From assembly GCA_030614245.1 (NCBI GenBank), contig JAUWKK010000002.1, forward strand, positions 1 to 32,597: DNA of 32,597 nucleotides. The letters are read 5' to 3'. This document shows positions 17,464 to 26,593 of the stretch, one piece after another. This DNA is from Planctomycetota bacterium (lineage in GTDB: Bacteria; Planctomycetota; PUPC01; JABMSA01; JAUWKK01). Position numbers and translations under genes: made by a program. Position 1 is the first letter of the stretch. Each line of letters opens with the position of its first letter. The notes under the pieces were generated by a model. The model was not told the origin of the DNA. It did not search any database and saw only the letters and a program-made list of their open reading frames with translations.

Positions 17464-17590
17464 TACATTCCCTCACTCAACCAGTAGAGGTCGGCATACG
17501 TCGGGTAGTAATTACCGGGCATCAACCCGTTGCGCCACTGGATGTAGATGAGGCGTCGGGCGGTGAAACCGGTGCGTTCTTTTTTTTTTC
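17463..17590 (-). CDS. tail assembly chaperone -1 frameshift extension (gpT-like)
   Basis: GAA AAA AAA AAG slippery run. The -1 frame reads ERTGFTARRLIYIQWRNGLMPGNYYPTYADLYWLSEGM and stops at a TAA overlapping the tape measure ATG. Confidence 0.75.
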
Positions 17591-18334
17591 GTCGGCCGCC
17601 AGCGCTGCGGCTTCCGCCATTATCGTCGGCACGTCGATGATCGCCTGAAGGATCGCCCACAGCACGGGCGTTCCGATGCTGATCAGCCCCAGCATGGACA
17701 TCCCGACCGCATCGATGCGGTAGTTGATAGCAAGCGCCTCGGCCGCGATATCCCACTGCTCCTGCACTTCCATATCTGGTTTCGGATCCTCGCCGGCTGC
17801 AATGGCTTTCGATTCGGCGTTCATCACGTCCCACAGCCGTTCCGCCCGCTTCGAGAAGGCGATATATTTCGGGAGCGTTTCGCCCACGAGCTCGCCGGCG
17901 GGGCCCAGTCGGAGCGTCTGCGGGAGGACGATGCCATGAGGGAATGCCCGGGCCACGGGAATCAGCCATTGATTATCGTCAGCCAGGTTCACCAGGTGCC
18001 CGCCCAGCATCTCCGGCCTTGCCAGGTCAGCGGGCAGCACGGGTTCAGCAGTTTCCCGCCCGAGCCAGTATTTACCGCCCGGAGCCTCCTGCCATTCTTG
18101 TTTGTCTTTGAAGTATCCGGTTCGCGGTGCGGTGCCGGTTCGCTGGCCTGGGGCCAGTCGATCATGCGATGGCTTCGGCGCGATTATGATGCCCGAGCCC
18201 CCGCCTGGCCCGCCGCCGGTCACTCCCCGGGTCTCGGGGGCACCTCCGGCCAACACCTCTGCTATGCCGGCCTTGGCCAGCACTTCAGCGTTCGCCGAGG
18301 CCGCCCCCGGCAGAAAATACAGAAACCCTGCCAT
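17522..18334 (-). CDS. tail assembly chaperone (gpG-like)
   Basis: Between major tail and tape measure genes. Slippery site near the C-terminus. Confidence 0.75.
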   Translation of the reverse strand: MAGFLYFLPGAASANAEVLAKAGIAEVLAGGAPETRGVTGGGPGGGSGIIIAPKPSHDRLAPGQRTGTAPRTGYFKDKQEWQEAPGGKYWLGRETAEPVLPADLARPEMLGGHLVNLADDNQWLIPVARAFPHGIVLPQTLRLGPAGELVGETLPKYIAFSKRAERLWDVMNAESKAIAAGEDPKPDMEVQEQWDIAAEALAINYRIDAVGMSMLGLISIGTPVLWAILQAIIDVPTIMAEAAALAADEKKKNAPVSPPDASSTSSGATG

Positions 18335-18346
18335 GTCGCCCTCCTC

Positions 18347-19285
18347 TCATGGCGCCACAATCGCTGCAGTCGTATCGATCGCAAGCGGCGCATTGCTGCC
18401 GTCATACGTTGGCGTGATCTGCACAATGGCCATCAGCGGCACCCCGTGAGATCCCCCCACCGTCCGCGTGGTGATCCTGCCCTCATCGACGATAAAACTG
18501 ATGTGCTGTTCCGTCGCGTCGGCTACTCTCGTACCGCCCTTGGCGATCTTACGCAGATATATCACGCTATCATGGATCTCATCCTGTGCCGAACCCTCCA
18601 GACCAAACGTATTGAGCGCGAGCACATCGAGTGTCGTGATTGTAACGATGGGCTGGATGTTCTGGATGGCGACGAAGCTGGGCCAGACCTCGCCGTCTCC
18701 GGCGACCACCATTTCGCTGATGCCGAACCCGATGCTGATGTTCTGGATCGCTGTCAATGCGGCATTGTTGATCTTGACCGGGCCGGCGGTGAATACCTCA
18801 TCGACGGCCGGTGTGCCCGGCAGCGACTGACCCGCCAAGAGCACGATGGGATCGTGCGTGCCGTCCCATGTGGCGATGCCTTCATAGGTCAGCACCGCGC
18901 GATCACCGTGCGGGGCCTCGATGCTGCGGGGTACCAGGAGGCCCTCGTTGATGGATAGCTTGAGGTGGCTGCCGGCGCCCTCTCGCGTCCCACCCTCGGC
19001 CACCGCCTGGAAGTACATTTCGAGGACGTTTGCAGGGTCGGCGCCTAGCGCCAGGCCGACCGCGCCGCACTTATCGAGCGCGGTCTTGATCTTCGTCGTC
19101 GTAAAGCCAACGCAAGGCGCCTGGCCCTGGACCGCGACGAAGCGATTATAGACCTCGCCGGCGCCGCCCAGGATCATCTCGGCTATGCCGGCATCGACGC
19201 TCTGGTCGGTGATCTGGTCGATCAGGACGTCAGAGATCGCGTTGATGTTCACCGCGTATAACACGTGTGCTGCTGCTACACTCAT
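18347..19285 (-). CDS. major tail (tube) protein
   Basis: Synteny. 312 aa beta-rich acidic protein with two similar halves (AEGGTR / AKGGTR). Confidence 0.7.
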   Translation of the reverse strand: MSVAAAHVLYAVNINAISDVLIDQITDQSVDAGIAEMILGGAGEVYNRFVAVQGQAPCVGFTTTKIKTALDKCGAVGLALGADPANVLEMYFQAVAEGGTREGAGSHLKLSINEGLLVPRSIEAPHGDRAVLTYEGIATWDGTHDPIVLLAGQSLPGTPAVDEVFTAGPVKINNAALTAIQNISIGFGISEMVVAGDGEVWPSFVAIQNIQPIVTITTLDVLALNTFGLEGSAQDEIHDSVIYLRKIAKGGTRVADATEQHISFIVDEGRITTRTVGGSHGVPLMAIVQITPTYDGSNAPLAIDTTAAIVAP

Positions 19286-19770
19286 CGGATTACCCTCGTT
19301 TCTCGTTTTCGTGCATGATTCATTCGCCTGGTCAGTTCCCTATGCACCCACTTGGCCATCTTATCGATCTCGGTCTGCGACACCGCGACAACCTCATCCG
19401 CTTTGATAATGGGCGTTATATGCTGGGTTTTCGGATACTTCCACAAATAGTGGGGCGGCTTCATCTTGAGTCGCATGCCCCGCCTCGTCGTCGTAATGAC
19501 GTAGGCGCCGGTCAGTGCTCGCATCAGCCGGCCGGTGTAGACCAGCGGTCGATTATGTCCGAGCTTCTTCCGCTTCGCCTTGCTGTATTTCAGCGTGCGC
19601 CGGTGGTAGCCATATTCCCTGGCCCCCCGTGCTGTAAAGTGCTTCGGCAAGGTACCGCGGTGCCATAGCCGCCCCAGCTTTGTCAACGCCGGCGGCACGC
19701 CCTGCTTGAACGCCTTGAGCGTGGTGCCCGGGCTCCGGGTGTACTCGATGCGGCCTGTCATCCCGCCCAT
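19282..19770 (-). CDS. neck/tail completion protein (virion morphogenesis family)
   Basis: Basic protein with PLVYTGRL motif, synteny. Confidence 0.65.
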   Translation of the reverse strand: MGGMTGRIEYTRSPGTTLKAFKQGVPPALTKLGRLWHRGTLPKHFTARGAREYGYHRRTLKYSKAKRKKLGHNRPLVYTGRLMRALTGAYVITTTRRGMRLKMKPPHYLWKYPKTQHITPIIKADEVVAVSQTEIDKMAKWVHRELTRRMNHARKRETRVIR

Positions 19771-19771
19771 T

Positions 19772-20287
19772 TCACAGCCCCCAGGTAATGCGGAAGGTAA
19801 TCCCATGCAGATCCCCTTCGATGGGAACCTCGTCGTCATCGTTCCGCCACGCGGGATCGACCATGCGGATGGCGTTGATGGCTACATAGCCCGCCTGCCC
19901 GGCCAGGGCCAGCATGTCCTCGAGGATCGCCCCCATGTGATTGAGGAAATCCAGCATCGCATCATCGGCGTTATCCGCCAATTCCGGGGGGATCGGGCCC
20001 TGGAAACATACGTCGAGAGACCGGGTGGTTTCGAACCACTCGGCCGCCCCGCCGGCGATGGACACGGTTTCCCAATCGTCGGTCATATAGACATGGGCGA
20101 ATGGCAGATCCTTGGTTTGAGGATCGAAGGCGACTATGTGCACGCGAGTCTTTGCCCGTTGCGCCGTCTCCTCGTTGACCCAGGTCTGGAACGCCGAGCA
20201 CGACGCGATGTGATCGCGCAGCATAGCCATCGGTATCGACAAGATGCTCGAGGGGGTAATGACACCCATTGAAGGCAGAACGCCCAT
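19772..20287 (-). CDS. tail terminator-like protein
   Basis: Acidic, synteny, TAATG coupling. Confidence 0.6.
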   Translation of the reverse strand: MGVLPSMGVITPSSILSIPMAMLRDHIASCSAFQTWVNEETAQRAKTRVHIVAFDPQTKDLPFAHVYMTDDWETVSIAGGAAEWFETTRSLDVCFQGPIPPELADNADDAMLDFLNHMGAILEDMLALAGQAGYVAINAIRMVDPAWRNDDDEVPIEGDLHGITFRITWGL

Positions 20288-20634
20288 TATTGTCGCCTCC
20301 GTCGATAGCCAGGCCGACTGCGCTCGATGGATATCGCGCGTTTGACACCAAGCATCCAAGCGTCGCCGTCGCACGTTCGCTCGATGTCGCAGACCGACCA
20401 CTCCTCGCCGTCGAAGGTCGTGCGATCTCTCCGATCGGGCTCGCCTACAACTATGCTCTGGACGGTCACCGTTGCCCGCTTGATAATGACCGTGCCGTCC
20501 TCCGCATCCTCTTCGCGATATTCATCCCGCTTGATGATGGCAGTGATTTCAGACGCTTCACCATCGTGCGGAGAGTACGTAATAGTCCCCCCGAACGTCT
20601 CGGCATTCGCGGCAGTCAGATCGGCGCAATCCAT
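20287..20634 (-). CDS. head-tail joining protein (gpFII-like)
   Basis: FGGTITY...ITAII.R...P...D..TFDGEEW.V pattern. Follows the capsid gene. Confidence 0.7.
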   Translation of the reverse strand: MDCADLTAANAETFGGTITYSPHDGEASEITAIIKRDEYREEDAEDGTVIIKRATVTVQSIVVGEPDRRDRTTFDGEEWSVCDIERTCDGDAWMLGVKRAISIERSRPGYRRRRQ

Positions 20635-20710
20635 GTTGTGCTGCTCCCGTCAGCGGGAGGGGCCCACCCCCCAGCCCGTGTGCGGTCGGGATGGGGGGCA
20701 GGCGTGGCGA

Positions 20711-21682
20711 CTAGTTGTCGACCCTCACTAGGTGCCCCATGTACTTGTCGATGATTTTCTCATCGGTGTACATGTCGGCCTGGGTGATGTTCGACTTGGT
20801 CTGATTCTCGTAATACTGGGCCATCTCCACGAGATTCTTGACCATCTGCTTCCAGTAGATGATCCGACCGATGCAGGGCTCGAGAGGATTGCTGGTGACG
20901 GCGACCTTGGCGACCATCACGTAGTCGTCGCCCCAAATCTCGCCGCCGGTGAAATCCTGACCATCACTCGCGGTGTTGTAGACCGCCTGGCCCTCGATAA
21001 CCCGGTCGATGCCCAGCACTTGCGCGAGGTTATCGAGCTTCAGCTTCCGTGTAACGATCGCGCTCGCGGCAAACTTCGCCTGGATGGCCGTGTTGGTGTT
21101 GATCATCCTGTCGATGTTCGTGGTGTTGCAGATGAGCGCGTTGGGCATTACCCCAGTGACCATCAGCACTTTGAGCATGGCTGCCCGGATGTGACCGATG
21201 ATGTCCGAGGCGGCCGCGTCCCACGGCTTGTTGCCGTCGGCCGCGCTCCAGTCCGTGAACAGGGCGGCGCCCGACCACGTGCTGATGTTCATCACGGCAA
21301 GTGACACGCGGTACTCCAGCGAGCGGATCAAATCCGCAAACGCCTGCTCCGCGGCGACCATGTCCGCGTTGAACACGGTATCGTAGTTCTTCAAGTGCTC
21401 GACGGGCATCGGTATCTCCTGACCGTACCCCTCGCACTTGTAGGTCTGACTGTCGGCCGCGATATCGCGCCTCGGGTAAGTCGTCCCCGGAGCCCGCGTC
21501 AGCTGACGCAAACGAGTCATCGCCTCGCGCGTAAGCATCGTTATCGTGCCTTGCTGTTTCGGCAGCCCGATCGGTCCCAGCACCTGACTGGCGATCATCT
21601 TCTGGCCCTGGAGGTCAAACTCCCTGAACGCGCCGGCCAATTCCGGCTTCGGCCTCGAGGCCACATCTCCATGCTGGATCAT
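20711..21682 (-). CDS. major capsid protein (lambda gpE-like)
   Basis: 323 aa with IA..V.....PKQQG, RAPG, E.RV...VM, W.....DII..I, G..PNAL motifs. Synteny. Confidence 0.85.
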   Translation of the reverse strand: MIQHGDVASRPKPELAGAFREFDLQGQKMIASQVLGPIGLPKQQGTITMLTREAMTRLRQLTRAPGTTYPRRDIAADSQTYKCEGYGQEIPMPVEHLKNYDTVFNADMVAAEQAFADLIRSLEYRVSLAVMNISTWSGAALFTDWSAADGNKPWDAAASDIIGHIRAAMLKVLMVTGVMPNALICNTTNIDRMINTNTAIQAKFAASAIVTRKLKLDNLAQVLGIDRVIEGQAVYNTASDGQDFTGGEIWGDDYVMVAKVAVTSNPLEPCIGRIIYWKQMVKNLVEMAQYYENQTKSNITQADMYTDEKIIDKYMGHLVRVDN

Positions 21683-21749
21683 GTCGTTTTCCCCTTTCAG
21701 TTAGGGTCTGCGTTGCGGTCAATTCTCAAGCTCCGCGGCGGATCGTGGC

Positions 21750-22715
21750 CTACGTCGCGACGATTTCACTCGTGTACGCGGCCTTGATCTGCGAGACATA
21801 GAGCGCATCACTGCCGTGCGCTGCGGGCGTCAGTTCGAAGGTCGCAGTCTTCGCCCCAGCCGGGATGTCACCGTGCGCGATCGTGATGGTGTAATCGGCG
21901 TACGATGTGCCGGTAACGGCCGCCGAGGCATCCTCGACCTTCGTATCGAGTTCATCGAAGTACGAGTCGCAGTCGATGACCGGCGTGTCGTTCGTGTTGC
22001 TCATTGCCGCCCGGACGTGAATGACCAGGTCAGCCCCGTCGTTCATGTCATCGGGAAGGGAGACACTACGAACGATGGGCGTGACATCGGCGGCCACCCA
22101 GCTCAAGCGCAAACAGCTGTTCGTATCGCCGTTTATGTACTCGAGGATGGGTTCGCTGGAAGCACCCAAAATCCCGCCGTCGGCGGCGATGGCATCACCA
22201 TCGTTCTCCCGCCAGCTGCCGATATCCATCGGGATGTGCCCGGGCAACACCGCGATCTCTTCGATGGCGGCCTCGACCGTGCCGGCGAGCACGAGCGCCG
22301 TTGCTACGGACACGGTGCCCGCGGTCGTGCTCAGCACGTTGAACGGCAGCATCTCGATGATGTCGTGCGCTGCAGTCGAGGCCTCTATCGCGATACCGAT
22401 GGCGGAGCCGACCGCTGCGTCGTCGACCTCGCCGTCAGCAGCCGCGTAGAGTATTGCCCCCGCGGCAAAACCGTCCGCGAGCTCTGCCACGACCTTTACC
22501 GTGCCGGGAGCGGTCGTGAGCCGTATCGGCACCGCCAGGTTGCCGGCGGCGAACTCGGTCGCGGTCACCGGAGCGAGGGTGGTGCCGATGGCTTGTTCGC
22601 CCGCATCAGCGTATTCCACGAGGCTACCGCTTCCCGCGTGCAGCTTCACGCGCCTATGCAGCGCCAGCGCTTCATAGGCTTGAAATGTCATCGTCGGTCC
22701 ATGAGTCTCAGCCAT
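21750..22715 (-). CDS. capsid cement/decoration protein (DUF2190-like N-domain) with C-terminal appended domain
   Basis: AGAILYAAADGEV...AIGIAIEASTAAHDIIEML signature. Located between protease and capsid. Confidence 0.75.
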   Translation of the reverse strand: MAETHGPTMTFQAYEALALHRRVKLHAGSGSLVEYADAGEQAIGTTLAPVTATEFAAGNLAVPIRLTTAPGTVKVVAELADGFAAGAILYAAADGEVDDAAVGSAIGIAIEASTAAHDIIEMLPFNVLSTTAGTVSVATALVLAGTVEAAIEEIAVLPGHIPMDIGSWRENDGDAIAADGGILGASSEPILEYINGDTNSCLRLSWVAADVTPIVRSVSLPDDMNDGADLVIHVRAAMSNTNDTPVIDCDSYFDELDTKVEDASAAVTGTSYADYTITIAHGDIPAGAKTATFELTPAAHGSDALYVSQIKAAYTSEIVAT

Positions 22716-22777
22716 GTCTGTTCTCCTCTTCGTAACATGCTTACTATTTCAACATCCACCCGACTCGCGTACGGCGC

Positions 22778-23998
22778 CTATGCGCCGTCGAGGGTCGGCC
22801 TCTTCGCGATCTCCACCTTGTACGCCTCGGCGTACGCGTCCTGATAGCGGATGCCCGGCTCCGCCCTGACCCGCGCTTCCGCGACCTTCTCCGCGGCGGC
22901 TATAGCCGCCTCTTTCGTCACCGCATCGGGCTCGGGCACGTGCTGCACGCCATCGGAACCAGCCAGCAGTTCTTTCCTGATCCCGGCGTTCTCCTCGGTG
23001 AGCCTCGCCACCTCTACTGTCTGGACCTTCAGGGCCTCGGCTCCTGCGGTTTTGACCCTGGCCAGTTCTGCCTGCAGCTTGTCGCAGTATGCCGCCTTGG
23101 CCTCCATGACGCTCAGATCGCCGATCGCCGAAGCCAGCGCGAAGTCGGCATCCTCCGGAAACGCCTGCTGCATCGCGACCAATATCTCCTTCAAGCTCTT
23201 CTTGTCAGCCATGTCCTCATCTCCTGAAAAAGCCGTGGGGGTGTCCCCCGAAATCGTCAATCCGTTTCTGATCAAGAACTCCGTTATAAACTTTCGCACC
23301 CGCTGCGGCTTCAGACCGCCGAATATATCGGCCGGCGGTTCGGCGTCCCGCAGCCCGAATACGTATCGGCAGGCGAGCTCGCCCAACGCCGTCAATTCTT
23401 GGGGTTGGCTCAAGAATCCTCCTGGATTCGCCGCCGGATCGTCCACAACATCAGTCGATGCCAGACTATCCAAGCGTGCGTGCATCAGGTCATCCTCATT
23501 CGCCTCGTCCGGACTCACGAAATCACCATCGTCATCCTCGTTCTCTTCGGCGAATTCCTTCTCGGCATCCGGGTCGTGGTAAAAGACGATGCTGGCGCCG
23601 AACATATCCGGCTCTTTATCGGCCATGCGCAATATGTACGAGCCGAGCTTGCCGTCGGGCGATTCGTCCGCCAACTCTGAGACATGGAGATCCGCCCGGA
23701 CGATATTCCCATCCAGACGATAATCCTTCGCCCGCCCGAGGAACTTGCCCAGGCCGTCGTTGCAAAGCCCCGGGTGCGTGAACCGCACCTTAACCCCCAG
23801 CTTCTTGGCATTGCCTCCCTCGACCACCTGTGCCAGGAAGGCGCGGTCAATCCAGAAGTCATGGCCCAGGGCCTCGCCCTCGGTTATCACCGCGAAGTCG
23901 CGGATGAGCTGCCGGTCAGCGTCCACCCGCGCATCCTTCATGCTCCCGGCAAAACTAAGGCGTTCCCGGTTCGGTCTACTTATCGTCGCTGTCGTCAT
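22778..23998 (-). CDS. prohead protease/scaffold
   Basis: AVITEGEALGH, KVRFTHP, FGASIVF, DVVDDPAANPGG and a C-terminal coiled coil. Located between portal and capsid. Confidence 0.75.
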   Translation of the reverse strand: MTTATISRPNRERLSFAGSMKDARVDADRQLIRDFAVITEGEALGHDFWIDRAFLAQVVEGGNAKKLGVKVRFTHPGLCNDGLGKFLGRAKDYRLDGNIVRADLHVSELADESPDGKLGSYILRMADKEPDMFGASIVFYHDPDAEKEFAEENEDDDGDFVSPDEANEDDLMHARLDSLASTDVVDDPAANPGGFLSQPQELTALGELACRYVFGLRDAEPPADIFGGLKPQRVRKFITEFLIRNGLTISGDTPTAFSGDEDMADKKSLKEILVAMQQAFPEDADFALASAIGDLSVMEAKAAYCDKLQAELARVKTAGAEALKVQTVEVARLTEENAGIRKELLAGSDGVQHVPEPDAVTKEAAIAAAEKVAEARVRAEPGIRYQDAYAEAYKVEIAKRPTLDGA

Positions 23999-25598
23999 CT
24001 TCTTTCCTCTCTTTGGGCGGCGTGCCTCCTGCTAGCACAGCCTGCAATGTCTTCCCCTGGTCTACGCCGGCCAGGAGGGGCCAGAGTTCTTTCGCCGTAG
24101 CAAGACCCGCAGCGCCTTCCTCGACCTCCTGCGCCCTCTGTATGGCATCGAGGATCTCTTGACCCCGCGTCTCCAGGAACTCTCCCCGGTCCTGCGAGAG
24201 CGCGCCCAATGCATCCGTCTGCGTCGCCAGACCGCGGTCCATCTTCTTCGCCCAGGCCGAGACCTCTTTATCCTCGTCCACCCACGGCCAACTTGGGACC
24301 ACCCATTTGTGCTCGAGGATGCTAGACCGCCATGCCAATTTGCCCTCGGCCACCCAGCGCGCGACCTGCCAGCGATAGAGCCGCGAATAGAAACTCCGGA
24401 TCAGCAGCTGCTGCCACGCCCGGAACACGATGAATGCCTGCAGCAGCACGGCGCGCGAGCTCGAGTAATTCAGTTTGCCCCAGTCCAGCAGGATCAACTC
24501 GAGGGGAAGGCCGACGGGGATGGCGAAAAGCCTGATGAACAGCTTGACCGCTCCCTCGAAGTTCTGAGCGGGCCGCGTCTGGCGGATGCCCTTGATTTCC
24601 TGGCCCTTATCGCCGAAGAACGCCGTCGCCATGCCGACATTCATCACCTTCATATCCAGGTCGGGTATCTTCGCGACCGTCCGGTCTTCCGAGCCCGTTA
24701 CCCTGACTGGTTCCCCGCCCTCGGATGTCGTGACCGACAAGGCCAGCCGCGACAGCACCTGCCATGAAATGGCCTCGCTCGTCAGGATATCCTCGAGACG
24801 GTGAGCGATGGCCATTGAGGATACGAGTACCGGCACCCCGCGCGTCTGCGAGGACCGCTTGACGCGATTCAGGATATAAATTGCGTGCTCCGCCTCGATC
24901 GTCGTGGTATCGGCGTGTTCCGGATAGCCCCGGCCGCTGTCCGCGCCCGTTATTTCGAAGCCGACGATCCTGCCCCGCTTATCGAGCCGCACGCCCTGCT
25001 CGACCCTGATGCCCCGATCGTCCTCGCCCGCGGGCATCCTATTCGATCCGATGCGCTCTGCCTCGACGTGCTGCATTTGACCGTCCGCCAATTTCAGCAG
25101 CAACGTATCGCCGACTACCATCAACTCGCGCAGAACGATCTCCTCCATCTTCTTCCCGGGGTGGATTTCCCGCGCCTCGGGATTTTTCCACCACTCGTGC
25201 CATAATTTCTCGATCTTATCGTTCACGCTCGGGATGCTGGATTGGGCCTGCAAGCTGAATCCCGTCGGCCCGAGGATGTAATCGCACGCGCGGTTGATCA
25301 CCGCCTCATACAACCAGTTGTTGCGGTCGAGCCCGCGCGAGGCATCCACGAGCAGACCCCGGTCGTAGCGCATGTGGCTGTCCGCACTGCCCCCCACCTC
25401 CCAGCTGCCGGTCGACCGCAGGTAATCCGTGGCCTTATAGCCGAGTGCCGTATATTTGCCCACAGGCTGAAATTCCAGCGTATCGTCGGATTGAGAGGCA
25501 GTCCGCTTTCCCGGTTGGACGCCATCATTCACCTCGGCGGCCCCGGACCGCCCTCGACCAAATAGGCGTTGGAATTGGTTGCGAGCGGATTCAGTCAC
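23976..25598 (-). CDS. portal protein, lambda family
   Basis: SR.LDRNN, QGVRLD..GR, QTRGVP, GLPLEL...D....NYSSSR, WPWVD..KE. Confidence 0.92.
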   Translation of the reverse strand: MTESARNQFQRLFGRGRSGAAEVNDGVQPGKRTASQSDDTLEFQPVGKYTALGYKATDYLRSTGSWEVGGSADSHMRYDRGLLVDASRGLDRNNWLYEAVINRACDYILGPTGFSLQAQSSIPSVNDKIEKLWHEWWKNPEAREIHPGKKMEEIVLRELMVVGDTLLLKLADGQMQHVEAERIGSNRMPAGEDDRGIRVEQGVRLDKRGRIVGFEITGADSGRGYPEHADTTTIEAEHAIYILNRVKRSSQTRGVPVLVSSMAIAHRLEDILTSEAISWQVLSRLALSVTTSEGGEPVRVTGSEDRTVAKIPDLDMKVMNVGMATAFFGDKGQEIKGIRQTRPAQNFEGAVKLFIRLFAIPVGLPLELILLDWGKLNYSSSRAVLLQAFIVFRAWQQLLIRSFYSRLYRWQVARWVAEGKLAWRSSILEHKWVVPSWPWVDEDKEVSAWAKKMDRGLATQTDALGALSQDRGEFLETRGQEILDAIQRAQEVEEGAAGLATAKELWPLLAGVDQGKTLQAVLAGGTPPKERKEDDDSDDK

Positions 25599-25863
25599 GG
25601 CGGGGCACCATTCCTACAAATTGCGGCGAGGCGGATCGCACGGTCGCATTGAGCGCATCCATTAATTTGGCGAGATGCACCTCGAGGTCTCGGCGGTATT
25701 CGCTAAGCACATACCGGTCTGCAGATTGCTCTCCTGCAGCCTGCGATTTGAAGCCGGCGAGACGCTGCTCGACCTCCTCGATATGCAGCTGCAGTTCCAG
25801 GCGCTGGGCATCGAGCCCTTCCTCGCGTCGCCATCCACCATGCTCCCAAACCGGAACTGCCAT
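25591..25863 (-). CDS. gpW-like head completion protein
   Basis: Small protein directly upstream of and overlapping portal. CAGGAG SD before ATG 25863. Confidence 0.55.
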   Translation of the reverse strand: MAVPVWEHGGWRREEGLDAQRLELQLHIEEVEQRLAGFKSQAAGEQSADRYVLSEYRRDLEVHLAKLMDALNATVRSASPQFVGMVPRRD

Positions 25864-25920
25864 CGATACTCTCCTGATTCCCGATCTGTCATCCGAGGCG
25901 GGCGCGGCCGGGCGATCATG

Positions 25921-25965
25921 AAAAAAAGCGAGCCGCGTGATTGTGTGGCCCCACACGGCTCGCTT
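25921..25965 (-). terminator. intrinsic terminator downstream of tRNA
   Basis: GCGAGCCGTGTGG...TCACGCGGCTCGC followed by T7. Confidence 0.8.
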
Positions 25966-26036
25966 CAATATCGACCGCTCCGGCCCGCAGCGGGGGATCG
26001 GCCCGGCGCGTGCCCGCGGAAGTTCAAATTATCGGA

Positions 26037-26112
26037 TGGAGGCGGGAGCTGGATTCGAACCAGCGACCTTCAGGTTATGGGCCTGACAAGCTACCTACTG
26101 CTCCATCCCGCC
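26037..26112 (-). tRNA. tRNA with CAT anticodon (Met-type), CCA encoded
   Basis: GGCGGGA/TCCCGCC acceptor, GAGC/GCTT D-stem, TCAGG-CCCATAA-CCTGA anticodon arm, GCTGG-TTCGAAT-CCAGC T-arm, 3' TCCA, 76 nt. Confidence 0.92.
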
Positions 26113-26151
26113 ATCGCTGGCCTCGGGGTCAGCGAGCTCTTCGCGGCCATA

Positions 26152-26179
26152 ATAATACCACCCGGTATGAAGCATGCAA
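26152..26179 (-). promoter_or_regulatory. putative promoter for tRNA
   Basis: TTGCAT-N16-TATTAT with extended TG. Confidence 0.55.
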
Positions 26180-26193
26180 CAATAAACTCCCAC

Positions 26194-26550
26194 TCAGTGG
26201 GGAATTTCATCATCGCCTGGACGAGACAGTTTCCGCCGTTCCTCGGTGGTCACCGGCTTGGTGTATGTGCATCCCTGATCCCGCGCCAAGCAATAGTAAA
26301 GCCTGGTGACGATATCGATAAAAGGACGCACGCGGGATGGTTCGCGGTTATCCGTCTTGCCAATCCGCATGTCGCTGCCGCATTTCGGGCATTGCGGGCC
26401 GGGCCCCGGTGCAGACCGCTCCCGGTATACCGGCACGATCTTTTTAGCCGTCTCCGGTACCGTCCCCGCCGGTTTCTTGCGGGCTGAGCCGCCGCTCTTT
26501 CGCCTGGCCCCCGCCTTCTTGCTATGCGATCTCTTCTTCGCCTTTGGCAT
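26194..26550 (-). CDS. Ogr/Delta-like Zn-finger protein with basic N-terminal tail
   Basis: CPKCG..MRI.KT...TRLYYC....GCTY. Confidence 0.6.
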   Translation of the reverse strand: MPKAKKRSHSKKAGARRKSGGSARKKPAGTVPETAKKIVPVYRERSAPGPGPQCPKCGSDMRIGKTDNREPSRVRPFIDIVTRLYYCLARDQGCTYTKPVTTEERRKLSRPGDDEIPH

Positions 26551-26593
26551 TTGTTTCTCCTGATTTTGCGCTCAGCCGCGCTTGATATAATCA

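Noticed and set aside
9844-24767. Long plus-strand ORFs (e.g. 9844-10878, 12583-13485, 17936-18958, 21816-22844)
   Set aside because: Antisense shadows of well-supported minus-strand genes in GC-rich DNA; no motifs or RBS.
26037-26112. tRNA as prophage attachment site
   Set aside because: Complete gene in the middle of the packaging/head module with no duplicated 3' fragment in the window.
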